Source: a virus. Taken from it: a stretch of DNA of 64,000 bases. A program made the translations under genes and the position numbers. The stretch covers positions 6,610 through 70,609 of the IMG/VR virus record IMGVR_UViG_3300011113_000736; one strand, 5' to 3'. Below the pieces are notes generated by a model. It was given only the letters and a program-made list of their open reading frames with translations, was not told the origin of the DNA and searched no databases. How positions within the stretch are numbered: position 1 is the stretch's first letter; each line of letters begins with the position of its first letter. Positions 31,290 through 40,840 of the stretch are shown here, piece by piece.

Positions 31290-32353
31290 TCTTTGCTTTT
31301 TCTTAATTGCTCTCTCTCTTGATTCAAATCAAAATTTGGAGTTCCCAACCAAATATTAAGCTTTTCACGATTTGATTCATCTAATATGTCAAATTTCCTA
31401 TACTTTAATGTTTCTCTTCTTATGATTTCCAAATGTTTGTCTGTAATGGGATTTGAATTTGCTCTCATTTCATATAATTCCCTACCACACAATAACATTC
31501 CATAATTTTCTATAGCAATGAAATTATCAATCTTCTTTTTTATCTTGGTAGTATCTTGACAAATTTGCTTTTGACAATCTTCTCCAACTTCCCAATTAGT
31601 TTTCTCTTTGTAATCTGTATAACTTGTGTGATCCAAAATATAAAAAAATCCATTTTTGTCTAAAACAAAATTGACTCCTAATTGAATCAATCTGTCCCCG
31701 AAATCACAATCTTCCAAACTTTTGCATCCATCCATTTTTTCATTATAACCGTTCAAAATCAATGCATCTTTTAATCCAAAACTTGTTCCTGCAAAAGCCC
31801 AGCTACCATTTCTATGTCTATAAACATCTTGTGATAGATTTTTCAATCTATGATCATTTATATAAATTTCACCACTTATTGGAAAATCAATTATACCATT
31901 TGATGTTTTGATATTTTTCATTCTCTTATGCATGCCAAGCATGCAATGACCGCTTTTATAATGATCCCAATATCTTTGCAACAAATCATCTGGAAAAAAC
32001 TCAGCATCATCACAGCTTATTACTAATTCTCCATCTGCATACAATATGCCTGTGTTTTTGGCAGCAGAAATATAAACATATCCTTTGTCATACCAATATC
32101 TGTGATTCTCATGTATAGGAACATGTTTAACTATAAAAGGCAATATTGGAATTATTGAGCTAAATTTTTCTTTATTCTCTTCGTAAAAAGTATCAACATA
32201 AACAAATTCAAATTCTTTCAATGTTTGTCTTTTAAGATTCTCTATCACTGATAGAAAATAACTGTTTATTCCTTGGTTTTCCAAAAAACTATCACAAGAT
32301 GCTGTGTGTATTATAAAAGATATTCTATGTACATAGTGCATAATTAGCCTCAT
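31277..32353 (-). CDS. Glycosyltransferase family 2-like
   Basis: AAKNTG, SCDD, NGYNEKMDG..EDCDF. Confidence 0.75.
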   Translation of the reverse strand: MRLIMHYVHRISFIIHTASCDSFLENQGINSYFLSVIENLKRQTLKEFEFVYVDTFYEENKEKFSSIIPILPFIVKHVPIHENHRYWYDKGYVYISAAKNTGILYADGELVISCDDAEFFPDDLLQRYWDHYKSGHCMLGMHKRMKNIKTSNGIIDFPISGEIYINDHRLKNLSQDVYRHRNGSWAFAGTSFGLKDALILNGYNEKMDGCKSLEDCDFGDRLIQLGVNFVLDKNGFFYILDHTSYTDYKEKTNWEVGEDCQKQICQDTTKIKKKIDNFIAIENYGMLLCGRELYEMRANSNPITDKHLEIIRRETLKYRKFDILDESNREKLNIWLGTPNFDLNQEREQLRKSKEWRW

Positions 32354-32369
32354 AGTAATCTAGTTACCA

Positions 32370-33242
32370 TCATACAAATAATTTAAAAGTTTTTTTACGA
32401 TCATTCCAAGAAATAAACCATTCTTTTATTGCATCGTAATAATCATTTTTCGGATAGAAATCTGGATTAGTTCTGGGGAATCTTTTTTTATCAAAAGTCT
32501 TATCGCAAGAATAATGACAAACATAATGGCTATCAACAAGTTTATTTTCGGGAGGAGTGTGTACCCAATCACGATCAATCATTTTAATATTGTTGTTAGC
32601 GCATGCGGCTTGAAAAGAATACATGCCACACCACCAACGAATTAATTCAAAATTGCCACCCAAATGATCATTAACCATCTTTATATGTAAATCTGTCCAA
32701 TTGTTTAATATTTTTTTAAATGTTTTAGCTTTCCCTATGATTGGTACAAATCCTCCTATGTAACCGCAATTATTTGGATTTAAGTATTTCTGCACAATAT
32801 GTTTATTTGTTGATAAACTTTTTAAATGCCAATTTTCATAAATTGATGAAACAAAAAATTCATCATCATTTATTTCTTCTTCATGAAAACACTTTATATG
32901 AAACATATCGCAATCTAAAAGTTCAATAATTTCTTCTTCATCAAACATATCAATAACTTGTGATAATCCAGCTTGAATATTAAGAGGCATAAAATAATCT
33001 TGTGATGACTCAGGCGCATAATCGAAATGGGCTAAACACAATTTGCGTGGTATGTCTATTTTCCATTGAAAACTAGTACATTTGTTTTCTGTTAACCTGT
33101 TCCGTTCTATCACAACAGCTAAGGTTTTTTCATAAGCATCTTTACCATACACTCTTCTATGCTGTCGCCAAAATAAATCAAGTTGCCACTCAAACAAACC
33201 ATTATATACTGCTATTGGTATACTTATCATATCAATACACAT
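32370..33242 (-). CDS. GT-A-like glycosyltransferase
   Basis: LLDCDMF DxD motif; WWCGMY; CHYS. Confidence 0.55.
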   Translation of the reverse strand: MCIDMISIPIAVYNGLFEWQLDLFWRQHRRVYGKDAYEKTLAVVIERNRLTENKCTSFQWKIDIPRKLCLAHFDYAPESSQDYFMPLNIQAGLSQVIDMFDEEEIIELLDCDMFHIKCFHEEEINDDEFFVSSIYENWHLKSLSTNKHIVQKYLNPNNCGYIGGFVPIIGKAKTFKKILNNWTDLHIKMVNDHLGGNFELIRWWCGMYSFQAACANNNIKMIDRDWVHTPPENKLVDSHYVCHYSCDKTFDKKRFPRTNPDFYPKNDYYDAIKEWFISWNDRKKTFKLFV

Positions 33243-34332
33243 CTACCATAGTGTTTATTAAATCTTCTAACTTATATTCTACTATTTTTACAATAGAATC
33301 ATTATCACCATAGCTTATGATAACTTTGTTATTTTCTAACATCATGCCAACTGGAAAATTACAAATTATTTCATTTTCTTTTCTAAAGTGTTTTTCGCAA
33401 GCAGCTTCTGCTGGCAAGTATGTTCTGTTAGAACATTTCAATACATGGAAAGGAGGTTTAGCTGAAAACAAATAGCAACCATTATCATAATAACATTTTC
33501 CTTTATGCCACATAGTAGTGTGAAATGTGGCAAGATAAAATTCTTCGTTTATTTGTATTGCATTCGTGTTGCCCCTGTGATGCGCTTTAAGCATCCAAGG
33601 ACTATTCCAATTTGTTTGATATGCTTTTATACAATTATTCTCATCAGTCAATTGATAAATTTCATGAGGATTAACAGAAGCTATCAAGTAGATTTTGTCT
33701 TCATAATTAAATGGCATCCAATTTTTTTGCCTACTATTCAAATCAACAGGACTTACTCTAAATGGCTCATTGTCAACAAATCTTCCACTTGATCTATCAT
33801 TAATTATTACACAACCTCTAATGCATTCTCTGTTAAATTCTAATCCATCAATTGATGAGTAAATTAAAATAAGTTGATTTTTATTATCCCATATAAGTCT
33901 TGGATCAGCACAATCTTTAATTTTAAATTTATAAAAACTATCAGGAATAACATTGTAGTCATTATCTATATAACATGCAATAAAACTGTACTCATCTGGT
34001 CTATAGACACATATTATTTTGTTTTCATTATAACGAATTATTCCTGCATTAAAAGAACCTTTTTCTGGCAACTCTATTTTATGAAACTTACCGTTTACCT
34101 TAGTTAAAAATTTATCTATAGGTCGTGGTGTATTTTTATTTTCTCCATATTGCGAACCAATCGATCTAACAATTTTTTCGTCTTTGGTAATACCACGATT
34201 CGAATTTCTTATTACAGGTTTCTTTTTTTCTTGGTTGTTGTTGATAATTGTATTTAAATTATTAACATCAATACACGACATACGCCTTTTTGCGGCGGCA
34301 ATTAATCTTTCAATTTCTTTTTTGCTAGCCAT
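33232..34332 (-). CDS. Glycoside hydrolase/phosphorylase-like beta-propeller (GH130-like)
   Basis: FNAGI, DPRL, QKNWMPF, SYGDND. Confidence 0.7.
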   Translation of the reverse strand: MASKKEIERLIAAAKRRMSCIDVNNLNTIINNNQEKKKPVIRNSNRGITKDEKIVRSIGSQYGENKNTPRPIDKFLTKVNGKFHKIELPEKGSFNAGIIRYNENKIICVYRPDEYSFIACYIDNDYNVIPDSFYKFKIKDCADPRLIWDNKNQLILIYSSIDGLEFNRECIRGCVIINDRSSGRFVDNEPFRVSPVDLNSRQKNWMPFNYEDKIYLIASVNPHEIYQLTDENNCIKAYQTNWNSPWMLKAHHRGNTNAIQINEEFYLATFHTTMWHKGKCYYDNGCYLFSAKPPFHVLKCSNRTYLPAEAACEKHFRKENEIICNFPVGMMLENNKVIISYGDNDSIVKIVEYKLEDLINTMVDVY

Positions 34333-34398
34333 ATACTCTTTATAGTAGATATGAAATTTGCTTTTTTGCAACAAACAATAATATTTATTAAAATGTTT

Positions 34399-34518
34399 TC
34401 ACAGTCTATCTTGTTCTGGACTCAATTGATCAATAATAAAAAGAACTAAAAATAAAGGATTCAAAATCGACATAATGATGAAAACATAGATCTTGAAAAA
34501 TCCCATGACATATTTCAT
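34399..34518 (-). CDS. 39-aa membrane peptide with its own sigma70 promoter
   Basis: MKYVMGFFKIYVFIIMSILNPLFLVLFII...; SD AGGAG; TTGACA(34581)-17-CATAAT. Confidence 0.55.
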   Translation of the reverse strand: MKYVMGFFKIYVFIIMSILNPLFLVLFIIDQLSPEQDRL

Positions 34519-34626
34519 GTCTGCTCTCCTGCTTGGTTAACTGCACTCACACATTATGCATCATAACAACCATGTTGTCAACACCAGCTTCCAAGCAATA
34601 GTAGTTTCAAATGACTCATTTAATTT

Positions 34627-34968
34627 ATGTATTTGAAATCATGCAGAAACTGCAAAGAAGAAAAGCCAATAGAAGATTTTCCTCATTTTTCTACAAGTGA
34701 AGCCGGAAGAAAAAATACATGTAAGGAATGCACAAAAAAACTTTCTGAAATAAGAAAAAAATTAAAATCAGATAATCCACTACCTGACCCCGGCATATGT
34801 CCAATATGCAAAACTCATACTGACAAATGGATTTTAGATCACTGCCACTTCTCTAATGACTTCAGAGGCTATATATGCAATAGTTGCAATCTTGGTCTCG
34901 GCAGATTTAATGATGATATAAACATATTAATAAATGCTATATGCTATTTAAATTCCAAACAAAATTAA
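34627..34968 (+). CDS. Endonuclease VII-domain protein (probable homing endonuclease)
   Basis: CPIC...LDHCH...RGYICNSCNLGLGRFND. Confidence 0.85.
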   Translation: MYLKSCRNCKEEKPIEDFPHFSTSEAGRKNTCKECTKKLSEIRKKLKSDNPLPDPGICPICKTHTDKWILDHCHFSNDFRGYICNSCNLGLGRFNDDINILINAICYLNSKQN

Positions 34969-34970
34969 AA

Positions 34971-35561
34971 TTATTTTATTTCTGGGAAAAGATAATATGG
35001 AACTGGTGGCAAATAATTCAAATTGTCATAATCATCGTGACCTAATCTGTTTTTAATGTTTGATAAATAAATTCTTTTTTGCCACATTGGTATGTAAGGT
35101 CTGCTTACATCATCAAGCTTATCATAAACATATCTGCTTACTCTTATATAATCCTGCATATATTCCCAATATTCTCTTGCTGGTCCACTTGCATGAAACC
35201 TCAGATTGTTTTCAACATAGAATGAGAATTTATCTATAAATAGAATACTATGATAATAAGGACTAGTGTCATTAACATAAATCGCATATTTATAAACATA
35301 TGAATAATGTGGCAAATCTAATCCTCTAACACCAATTAAAGCTCCCATTGAACTAGAAACCACAAAATCTTTACTTGGGTAATTGGTTTCATCAAAAAAT
35401 CCACAATCTTTCAATTCTTCTTTTACCAAATAATAAAACCAATCATAATGAGAAAGCTTTTTTACATAAAAAGAATTGTTTGTCAAAAGACAAAACCAAA
35501 AAAACAATTTGAAAAAAATCATATTTGTATTTATAATATATAAATACAAATATGGAATCAT
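34971..35561 (-). CDS. Hypothetical protein
   Basis: ORF; start uncertain. Confidence 0.5.
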   Translation of the reverse strand: MIPYLYLYIINTNMIFFKLFFWFCLLTNNSFYVKKLSHYDWFYYLVKEELKDCGFFDETNYPSKDFVVSSSMGALIGVRGLDLPHYSYVYKYAIYVNDTSPYYHSILFIDKFSFYVENNLRFHASGPAREYWEYMQDYIRVSRYVYDKLDDVSRPYIPMWQKRIYLSNIKNRLGHDDYDNLNYLPPVPYYLFPEIK

Positions 35562-35788
35562 TAGTTAGATTAGTTATTATATTGTTCTTATGTCATTTTA
35601 TTGCGGGATTATGCTCCAGTGGTATTATCTTTCTAATTGACAATCATATAAGTTTTTTGATGAAAAACATACTTTTAATATCTTTACCCATATTAGGTTT
35701 GATTCTTATGCAATATCCTCTAAGTTTAGCTTTTTTGATTGGGAATCTTATTCCCAGTTCTTATTATTGGATATCACTTTTATTTTGA
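35552..35788 (+). CDS. Small membrane protein
   Basis: Hydrophobic 78 aa; TATAAATA 5 nt before ATG. Confidence 0.5.
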   Translation: MESLVRLVIILFLCHFIAGLCSSGIIFLIDNHISFLMKNILLISLPILGLILMQYPLSLAFLIGNLIPSSYYWISLLF

Positions 35789-35838
35789 TAGGGAATAAAG
35801 TCAAAATTATTTGCAAGCCGTGTTGATAAATAATTATT

Positions 35839-36996
35839 ATGAACTTTAAAGAGTGGCTAATCAACGAAGCTTTAGAATATCAACCAGAAAACTGGACGCA
35901 ATTCATCCGTAAAACTAAAAATAAATTATCTCTAATCGAGAGAGAATTATCTTCCACTCAATTGAATAATTTTTTAAATTATTTAAATAATGTCGATAAA
36001 GATAATTTCTCATCTCGCATGATCCAATTATTCGATGCGGCATTTTACCTAATAGAAAAATATGCTAAAATACTAGAAAATGTAGAACAATGGCACAACA
36101 AACCAATCGAAATTGTTGATGATTTGGCAAAAGAAACTTGTAGCAAAATTGATTTCAATAGAACTTTCAAAGCAGCCAAAGACTTAACAAAAACTACTTC
36201 GTTAAAAGATTATTATAATGAATATCTTGACATGTTCATTGAACAAGAAGAAATTTTGAAAAATACAAGCGATGAAGAATCATACCAAATTATAAAAAAT
36301 GTAATAAACAAAGTCGAAAGGATATTCAAACTGGCAGATAAATATATAGAAATAATTGAAAATTTTGAAAACAAGCTTAAATTTAGATGCAAAATTTTGC
36401 TCGGCGCACAAGGACGAATGAGCGATTTGTTTTATACAAGAGATGTCTTTCCACCACATGAAGATTTTGAAATCATGTATCACGCCACTACAAATGCTCC
36501 CGCAATTATGCGTGAAGGATTCAAAACTAGAGAACAACTTAGAAAACAGGGTTTGGGTGGTGGTTTGGGAGGTGGACCAGAGAATGTAGTATCTTTTACA
36601 GCCAATCCTAAAATAGCAGAAAAAATAGCCCAATCTATGAAATATACAATCAAAATAGCAAAAGGCGAAATAACTGATCAAGATGTTATAAAAAAATATA
36701 ATAGATTCGGAATATTCAAACCAAAAGATTTGGAAGAGAAACCATACAAAGAAGGAACCAAAAAAAAAGCATTATGGTTGTTTAGACTCGCACAAGGTAG
36801 AATGGACGAAAAAGGACTTGCTTATGATCCTTGGATCGCATTTCCAGACATGGAACTATTAGCAAAACTTGATCCAAACAATATTGGAATTATACAAGCA
36901 AAAATTGATATGTCAAAAATAGTGCAATATCTTCCGGCAGAAGAAGAATATAGAGTTAAACTAGATGGCATATCTGAAATAAAACGATTCATCTAA
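35839..36996 (+). CDS. CTS-bearing protein with C-terminal ADP-ribosyltransferase-like domain
   Basis: MNFKEWLINE; MYHAT...EGF...VSFT...EEEY. Confidence 0.65.
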   Translation: MNFKEWLINEALEYQPENWTQFIRKTKNKLSLIERELSSTQLNNFLNYLNNVDKDNFSSRMIQLFDAAFYLIEKYAKILENVEQWHNKPIEIVDDLAKETCSKIDFNRTFKAAKDLTKTTSLKDYYNEYLDMFIEQEEILKNTSDEESYQIIKNVINKVERIFKLADKYIEIIENFENKLKFRCKILLGAQGRMSDLFYTRDVFPPHEDFEIMYHATTNAPAIMREGFKTREQLRKQGLGGGLGGGPENVVSFTANPKIAEKIAQSMKYTIKIAKGEITDQDVIKKYNRFGIFKPKDLEEKPYKEGTKKKALWLFRLAQGRMDEKGLAYDPWIAFPDMELLAKLDPNNIGIIQAKIDMSKIVQYLPAEEEYRVKLDGISEIKRFI

Positions 36997-37843
36997 AATC
37001 ACCTCTTCTTGTCTTAGGAGGCACATAATCATTTGGTGTAATACCCTTGCTTTGCAAGTAGAAAAGAACCTTCTCATGTACAACCGCTAAGTGATTGTAC
37101 ACTGACTGCCTGCTTAATGGCTTGCTCGTTTGTTTATTAATATATTTTGCACGATAATCAATATACCACATTGGAACATCTAATCTTCTGTTTACAAAAC
37201 TACGCAAAATCATTGCCTCTTGATCTGTCAAACCACAACCCACAACTATATTGTCTATTTCCAAATCAATATTTTCTGTATTAGCTGAATAATCTTTATT
37301 AATTCCACAATTTTCTAAATTAAAATCTTTGTTTTCAAAATCGCTAACACATTTTACATTAAAACCACCTTTAAGCAGATTTTTGAGCTTTTCTTTGTGC
37401 AACTTACCTCTTAATCGCATGAATATAGCTCTATGAGCATATGTGGTGAATGATGCTTTTATTTTGTATGTCCTGTATTGCCATACAGCTGAACGAATAG
37501 CCATAAAACCGTCTGTAACAAAATCATCATACTTTTCGTAATTGATACGCATTCTTTTCATTATATTATAGACCATAGCACTGTATTGCTTTATTAGTAT
37601 TTCTTCAACTTCGGAAGCATAAAACATAATTTTGCAATCTTCGATAAACTTATCTCTACATTTTTTTGTTAGTTTGTTTGCGTATTGATTGGCATCTTTC
37701 AGAATGCTGTATATGAAACGCATATAATGTATTTTTTTGATTTTGAAATGCTTGCACCATTTGTAACAAATGGCATTGCATTTTTTCAACCTTTCAAAGT
37801 CAACAATACTTTTAATATCTTTACGCATAGGATAAACAATCAT
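36989..37843 (-). CDS. Phage RNA polymerase sigma-70-like factor
   Basis: Region 2-like DDFVTDGFMAIRSAVWQY...ASFTTYAHRAI; region 4-like LTDQEAMIL...LSRQSV. Confidence 0.75.
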   Translation of the reverse strand: MIVYPMRKDIKSIVDFERLKKCNAICYKWCKHFKIKKIHYMRFIYSILKDANQYANKLTKKCRDKFIEDCKIMFYASEVEEILIKQYSAMVYNIMKRMRINYEKYDDFVTDGFMAIRSAVWQYRTYKIKASFTTYAHRAIFMRLRGKLHKEKLKNLLKGGFNVKCVSDFENKDFNLENCGINKDYSANTENIDLEIDNIVVGCGLTDQEAMILRSFVNRRLDVPMWYIDYRAKYINKQTSKPLSRQSVYNHLAVVHEKVLFYLQSKGITPNDYVPPKTRRGDFR

Positions 37844-37945
37844 GCCATTTTCCTCCACCATAACTCCTATGGCGTAATGATAACCATTCATAAAATTTTT
37901 TCAAGCATTTTATTATGCAAAATTAATTACGACACAGATCAGAAG

Positions 37946-38188
37946 TTATAAACCAGCTTTATCAAGTTTCTTATAATAATCTTTGTCTTCACGCATGTGA
38001 GCCACAGCAATTTTCAAAGCTTCCAAATCCGTGCTAATTACTTTTGTATCCTTTCCCATCTTTCCAGAATGCTCTTTCTCTACCTTTAATCCTTTTTTCA
38101 GTTCTGCAATAGGTAATCCATCTATGTCAATTTTGCCATCATCAGCAAGTTTTTTAATATCAGCCCACTCAGTAAATGTAATATTCAT
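37946..38188 (-). CDS. Small conserved phage protein (DUF5661-like), CTS-like start
   Basis: ELKKGLKVEKEH...KIAVAHMREDKDYYKKL; TATAAATA upstream. Confidence 0.7.
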   Translation of the reverse strand: MNITFTEWADIKKLADDGKIDIDGLPIAELKKGLKVEKEHSGKMGKDTKVISTDLEALKIAVAHMREDKDYYKKLDKAGL

Positions 38189-38225
38189 AATACTTATTTA
38201 TAAAATAGAAAAGAGAAATATTATC

Positions 38226-38642
38226 ATGTTTATTAATTTACTCTCATATGGCGGAATAGGATTAGGTCTTGCCCTTGCAGTTCTAACATATAGAATCATA
38301 GCAATTGAACAAAAAAAACAAAATCCAAATATAAACATAATATTTCTAACTTATGGCTTTATGATCTTGGCAATCACAATGGCAGGGTTTGGCTTTATTT
38401 CCGAAATAAAGAAATCAGATAATTTAAAAGAAGAAAACGAAAAGATTGTTTTTCAAAATGAATTATTACAATCAAAAATAGAAAAACTTAAAGAAAATAA
38501 TGACAAGTTCGAAAAAATAAAACATAGCCTTGATTTGCTTTTAGATGTCAAAGGAAGTTTGATAAAAAAGTCTGACACTATATCAAACATCAAATCAGAA
38601 TTGATCATTATACAAGAAACAATGAAAAAAGAATTGAATTAA
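38226..38642 (+). CDS. Two-TM membrane protein with coiled coil
   Basis: Two hydrophobic helices then a heptad-rich tail. Confidence 0.55.
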   Translation: MFINLLSYGGIGLGLALAVLTYRIIAIEQKKQNPNINIIFLTYGFMILAITMAGFGFISEIKKSDNLKEENEKIVFQNELLQSKIEKLKENNDKFEKIKHSLDLLLDVKGSLIKKSDTISNIKSELIIIQETMKKELN

Positions 38643-38728
38643 TCACCAATCACTAAAAAAAGAACCAATAGAAACTATTGATATCACTACAAAAAATGCC
38701 AACAACAATATCGTTATCGTTTCCATAA

Positions 38729-38802
38729 CTCCTCAAGCAGGACTCGAACCTACAACATCCAAGTTAACAGCTTGGCGCTACTACCGATTGAGCTATTGAG
38801 GA
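38729..38802 (-). tRNA. tRNA-Asn (GTT), CCA not encoded
   Basis: TCCTCAA/TTGAGGA acceptor stem, TAGCTCAATCGGT D-arm, CCAAG-CTGTTAA-CTTGG anticodon arm, GGTTCGAGTCC T-arm. Confidence 0.95.
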
Positions 38803-38859
38803 ATGTAATTTACAATAGTATTTTTAAACTTTTTTGTTCCATCTAAATAAATAATTATT

Positions 38860-40170
38860 ATGAATTTCAAACAATGGCTATTAACCGAAGCAATAATCAA
38901 CAAAGAAGAATTTCTCAAAGAAATTGGTTCTACAGAAGATCCACATTTATATTTGCAATTATCACCAGATGGTAAAATATTGATGCCTGATCAAGCATAT
39001 AAAGATGTAATAACAATTGATAAAAAATATAAATCAATGATGCCAGTAGGGTCACTTCAACCATTATCTAAAAATTTTGCTAATGTAATTAATACGATTA
39101 AAAAAATATACCCTGAAATATTAAACTATGCCGTTTCATCAGCAGGAGTATCAGGATTTAGATCTCCATCAAAAGAATACAGAACAGTGAAATATTGGCT
39201 TGATCAACAAAGAACAGAACCAAAAGTAAATCTACCTAAATATTTCTATCACGGCACTTCAACTAATCTGTATAATATGTTCATCAAAGAACAAGGATTA
39301 GTTCCAAGACAAATATCTGGAAGTTCTGGATCTTATGGTGCGTCATCAGTTAGAGCGATATCAAAAGGAATGTTTAATTACATTACAATCCATCCTGACT
39401 ATGCCACAAGAGAAGCAGCAACTCAAGCCGCAAGGAATCATGGCGGCTTGCCACTAATTATTAAGATTGATTCTACTGCAATAGATCCAACAAAGCTTTA
39501 TCCCGATGAAGATGCAGGAGCAGAAACTTGGGAAGAATCAATGCATAAGATAGGGACAGTTGCCTACAAAGGAATTATCCCAAGCTCAAGCATTACGCCA
39601 TATGAAATTAGCAAAGATACTTATAGGCTGAAATGGTTGCCGTATGAAGAAACACCAACAATGGATCACCCTAAATATGAAAATTTAATTAAAAGAAAAA
39701 TACATGAAAGTAAAGACGCTATATTCTTTGCTCTTTATGACAAAGAAGTAATTGACAAAAAAGGCAATTTACTCAAACCAATAACTAGCGAAGAATTTAA
39801 CGAAATAGTTAAAAATGCTAAATGGGCAACTAATGCGTGGCTAATTTACGAATCAATGGGAGAAGGCGCATTGGGACATACAAGAAACTACGCCATTAGT
39901 AGAAGCAACTTTGATAAAGAAGCGCAGCAAATTATACTTGATTTGTATAATAACGGAATTCTAGATAATTATCTTGAAATGAAAAGCGAATACATTTATA
40001 CACATGATGACAAAATACAAAATATAATAAAATATGCTAAAAGCCTTGGCAAAAAATCATGGAAAGAAATAGAACAAAAATTGAGAAGCGTCTATTTGAA
40101 AAACAACAGGGATCAAAACGATTTGTTATATTCGCCAGAAGCTAAAAAAATATTAGGGATTAAAGATTAA
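38860..40170 (+). CDS. CTS-bearing protein with central ADP-ribosyltransferase/Tpt1-like domain
   Basis: MNFKQWLLTE; FYHGTS...EQGLVP...YIT...IIKID...GIIPSSSI. Confidence 0.65.
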   Translation: MNFKQWLLTEAIINKEEFLKEIGSTEDPHLYLQLSPDGKILMPDQAYKDVITIDKKYKSMMPVGSLQPLSKNFANVINTIKKIYPEILNYAVSSAGVSGFRSPSKEYRTVKYWLDQQRTEPKVNLPKYFYHGTSTNLYNMFIKEQGLVPRQISGSSGSYGASSVRAISKGMFNYITIHPDYATREAATQAARNHGGLPLIIKIDSTAIDPTKLYPDEDAGAETWEESMHKIGTVAYKGIIPSSSITPYEISKDTYRLKWLPYEETPTMDHPKYENLIKRKIHESKDAIFFALYDKEVIDKKGNLLKPITSEEFNEIVKNAKWATNAWLIYESMGEGALGHTRNYAISRSNFDKEAQQIILDLYNNGILDNYLEMKSEYIYTHDDKIQNIIKYAKSLGKKSWKEIEQKLRSVYLKNNRDQNDLLYSPEAKKILGIKD

Positions 40171-40754
40171 ATATCCAAATTTGGGTGCATGATTTTAATC
40201 CAATCAATATACTTGTCGTTGACAATAGCAACTTTATCAACAACGCCTATTTCTTGTATATTCGCTTTTATGTTTCCAGAAGAATCTATTTCCATTCCCG
40301 GTATATGAACGCCTTGTGCCGCAAGACTTTTTAAAATTTCTGGTGGCACAATCTTAAAGCCTTTCTTTTCAGCCATCTTGGATATGCTGGCTGAAACAGC
40401 ACCCCATACTGGCAAATCAAGAGAATTAAGCAAATCTATTCCTTTTAAAATAGATTTAGGATTTCCTGCCACTCCTGTTAATTTTACCAAACCTGACCTC
40501 TGAAATCGCACAGCAATAAAACCAGCTTCTGTATCATTTTCAGTAATTGGAGGAACACCAAAGAATGTCCAATCATAAGCCCTACTGAAAAAAAGCTGTT
40601 TGCTAAAAGCTTCGCCAGTACTTTTTAAATAAGAACTGGTAAAAATATCATAAAGCCATTCGGCATTTTGATTGGTAAGTCTAAATTGCTCTGCTGATCT
40701 AACAGATTCAGATATTACATTTTGCTCAAGCAAATATTTTTTAAACCCTATCAT
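40167..40754 (-). CDS. CTS-bearing protein, possibly degenerate GNAT fold
   Basis: MIGFKKYLLE; GFIAVR...MAEKKGF. Confidence 0.55.
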   Translation of the reverse strand: MIGFKKYLLEQNVISESVRSAEQFRLTNQNAEWLYDIFTSSYLKSTGEAFSKQLFFSRAYDWTFFGVPPITENDTEAGFIAVRFQRSGLVKLTGVAGNPKSILKGIDLLNSLDLPVWGAVSASISKMAEKKGFKIVPPEILKSLAAQGVHIPGMEIDSSGNIKANIQEIGVVDKVAIVNDKYIDWIKIMHPNLDI

Positions 40755-40840
40755 AATATCCCTTTATGTTTTAACAATTAATGAACTCACGATTAGTTAT
40801 ATTTATGCATACAATTTCAATTAATTGCACTAAATAAGTC

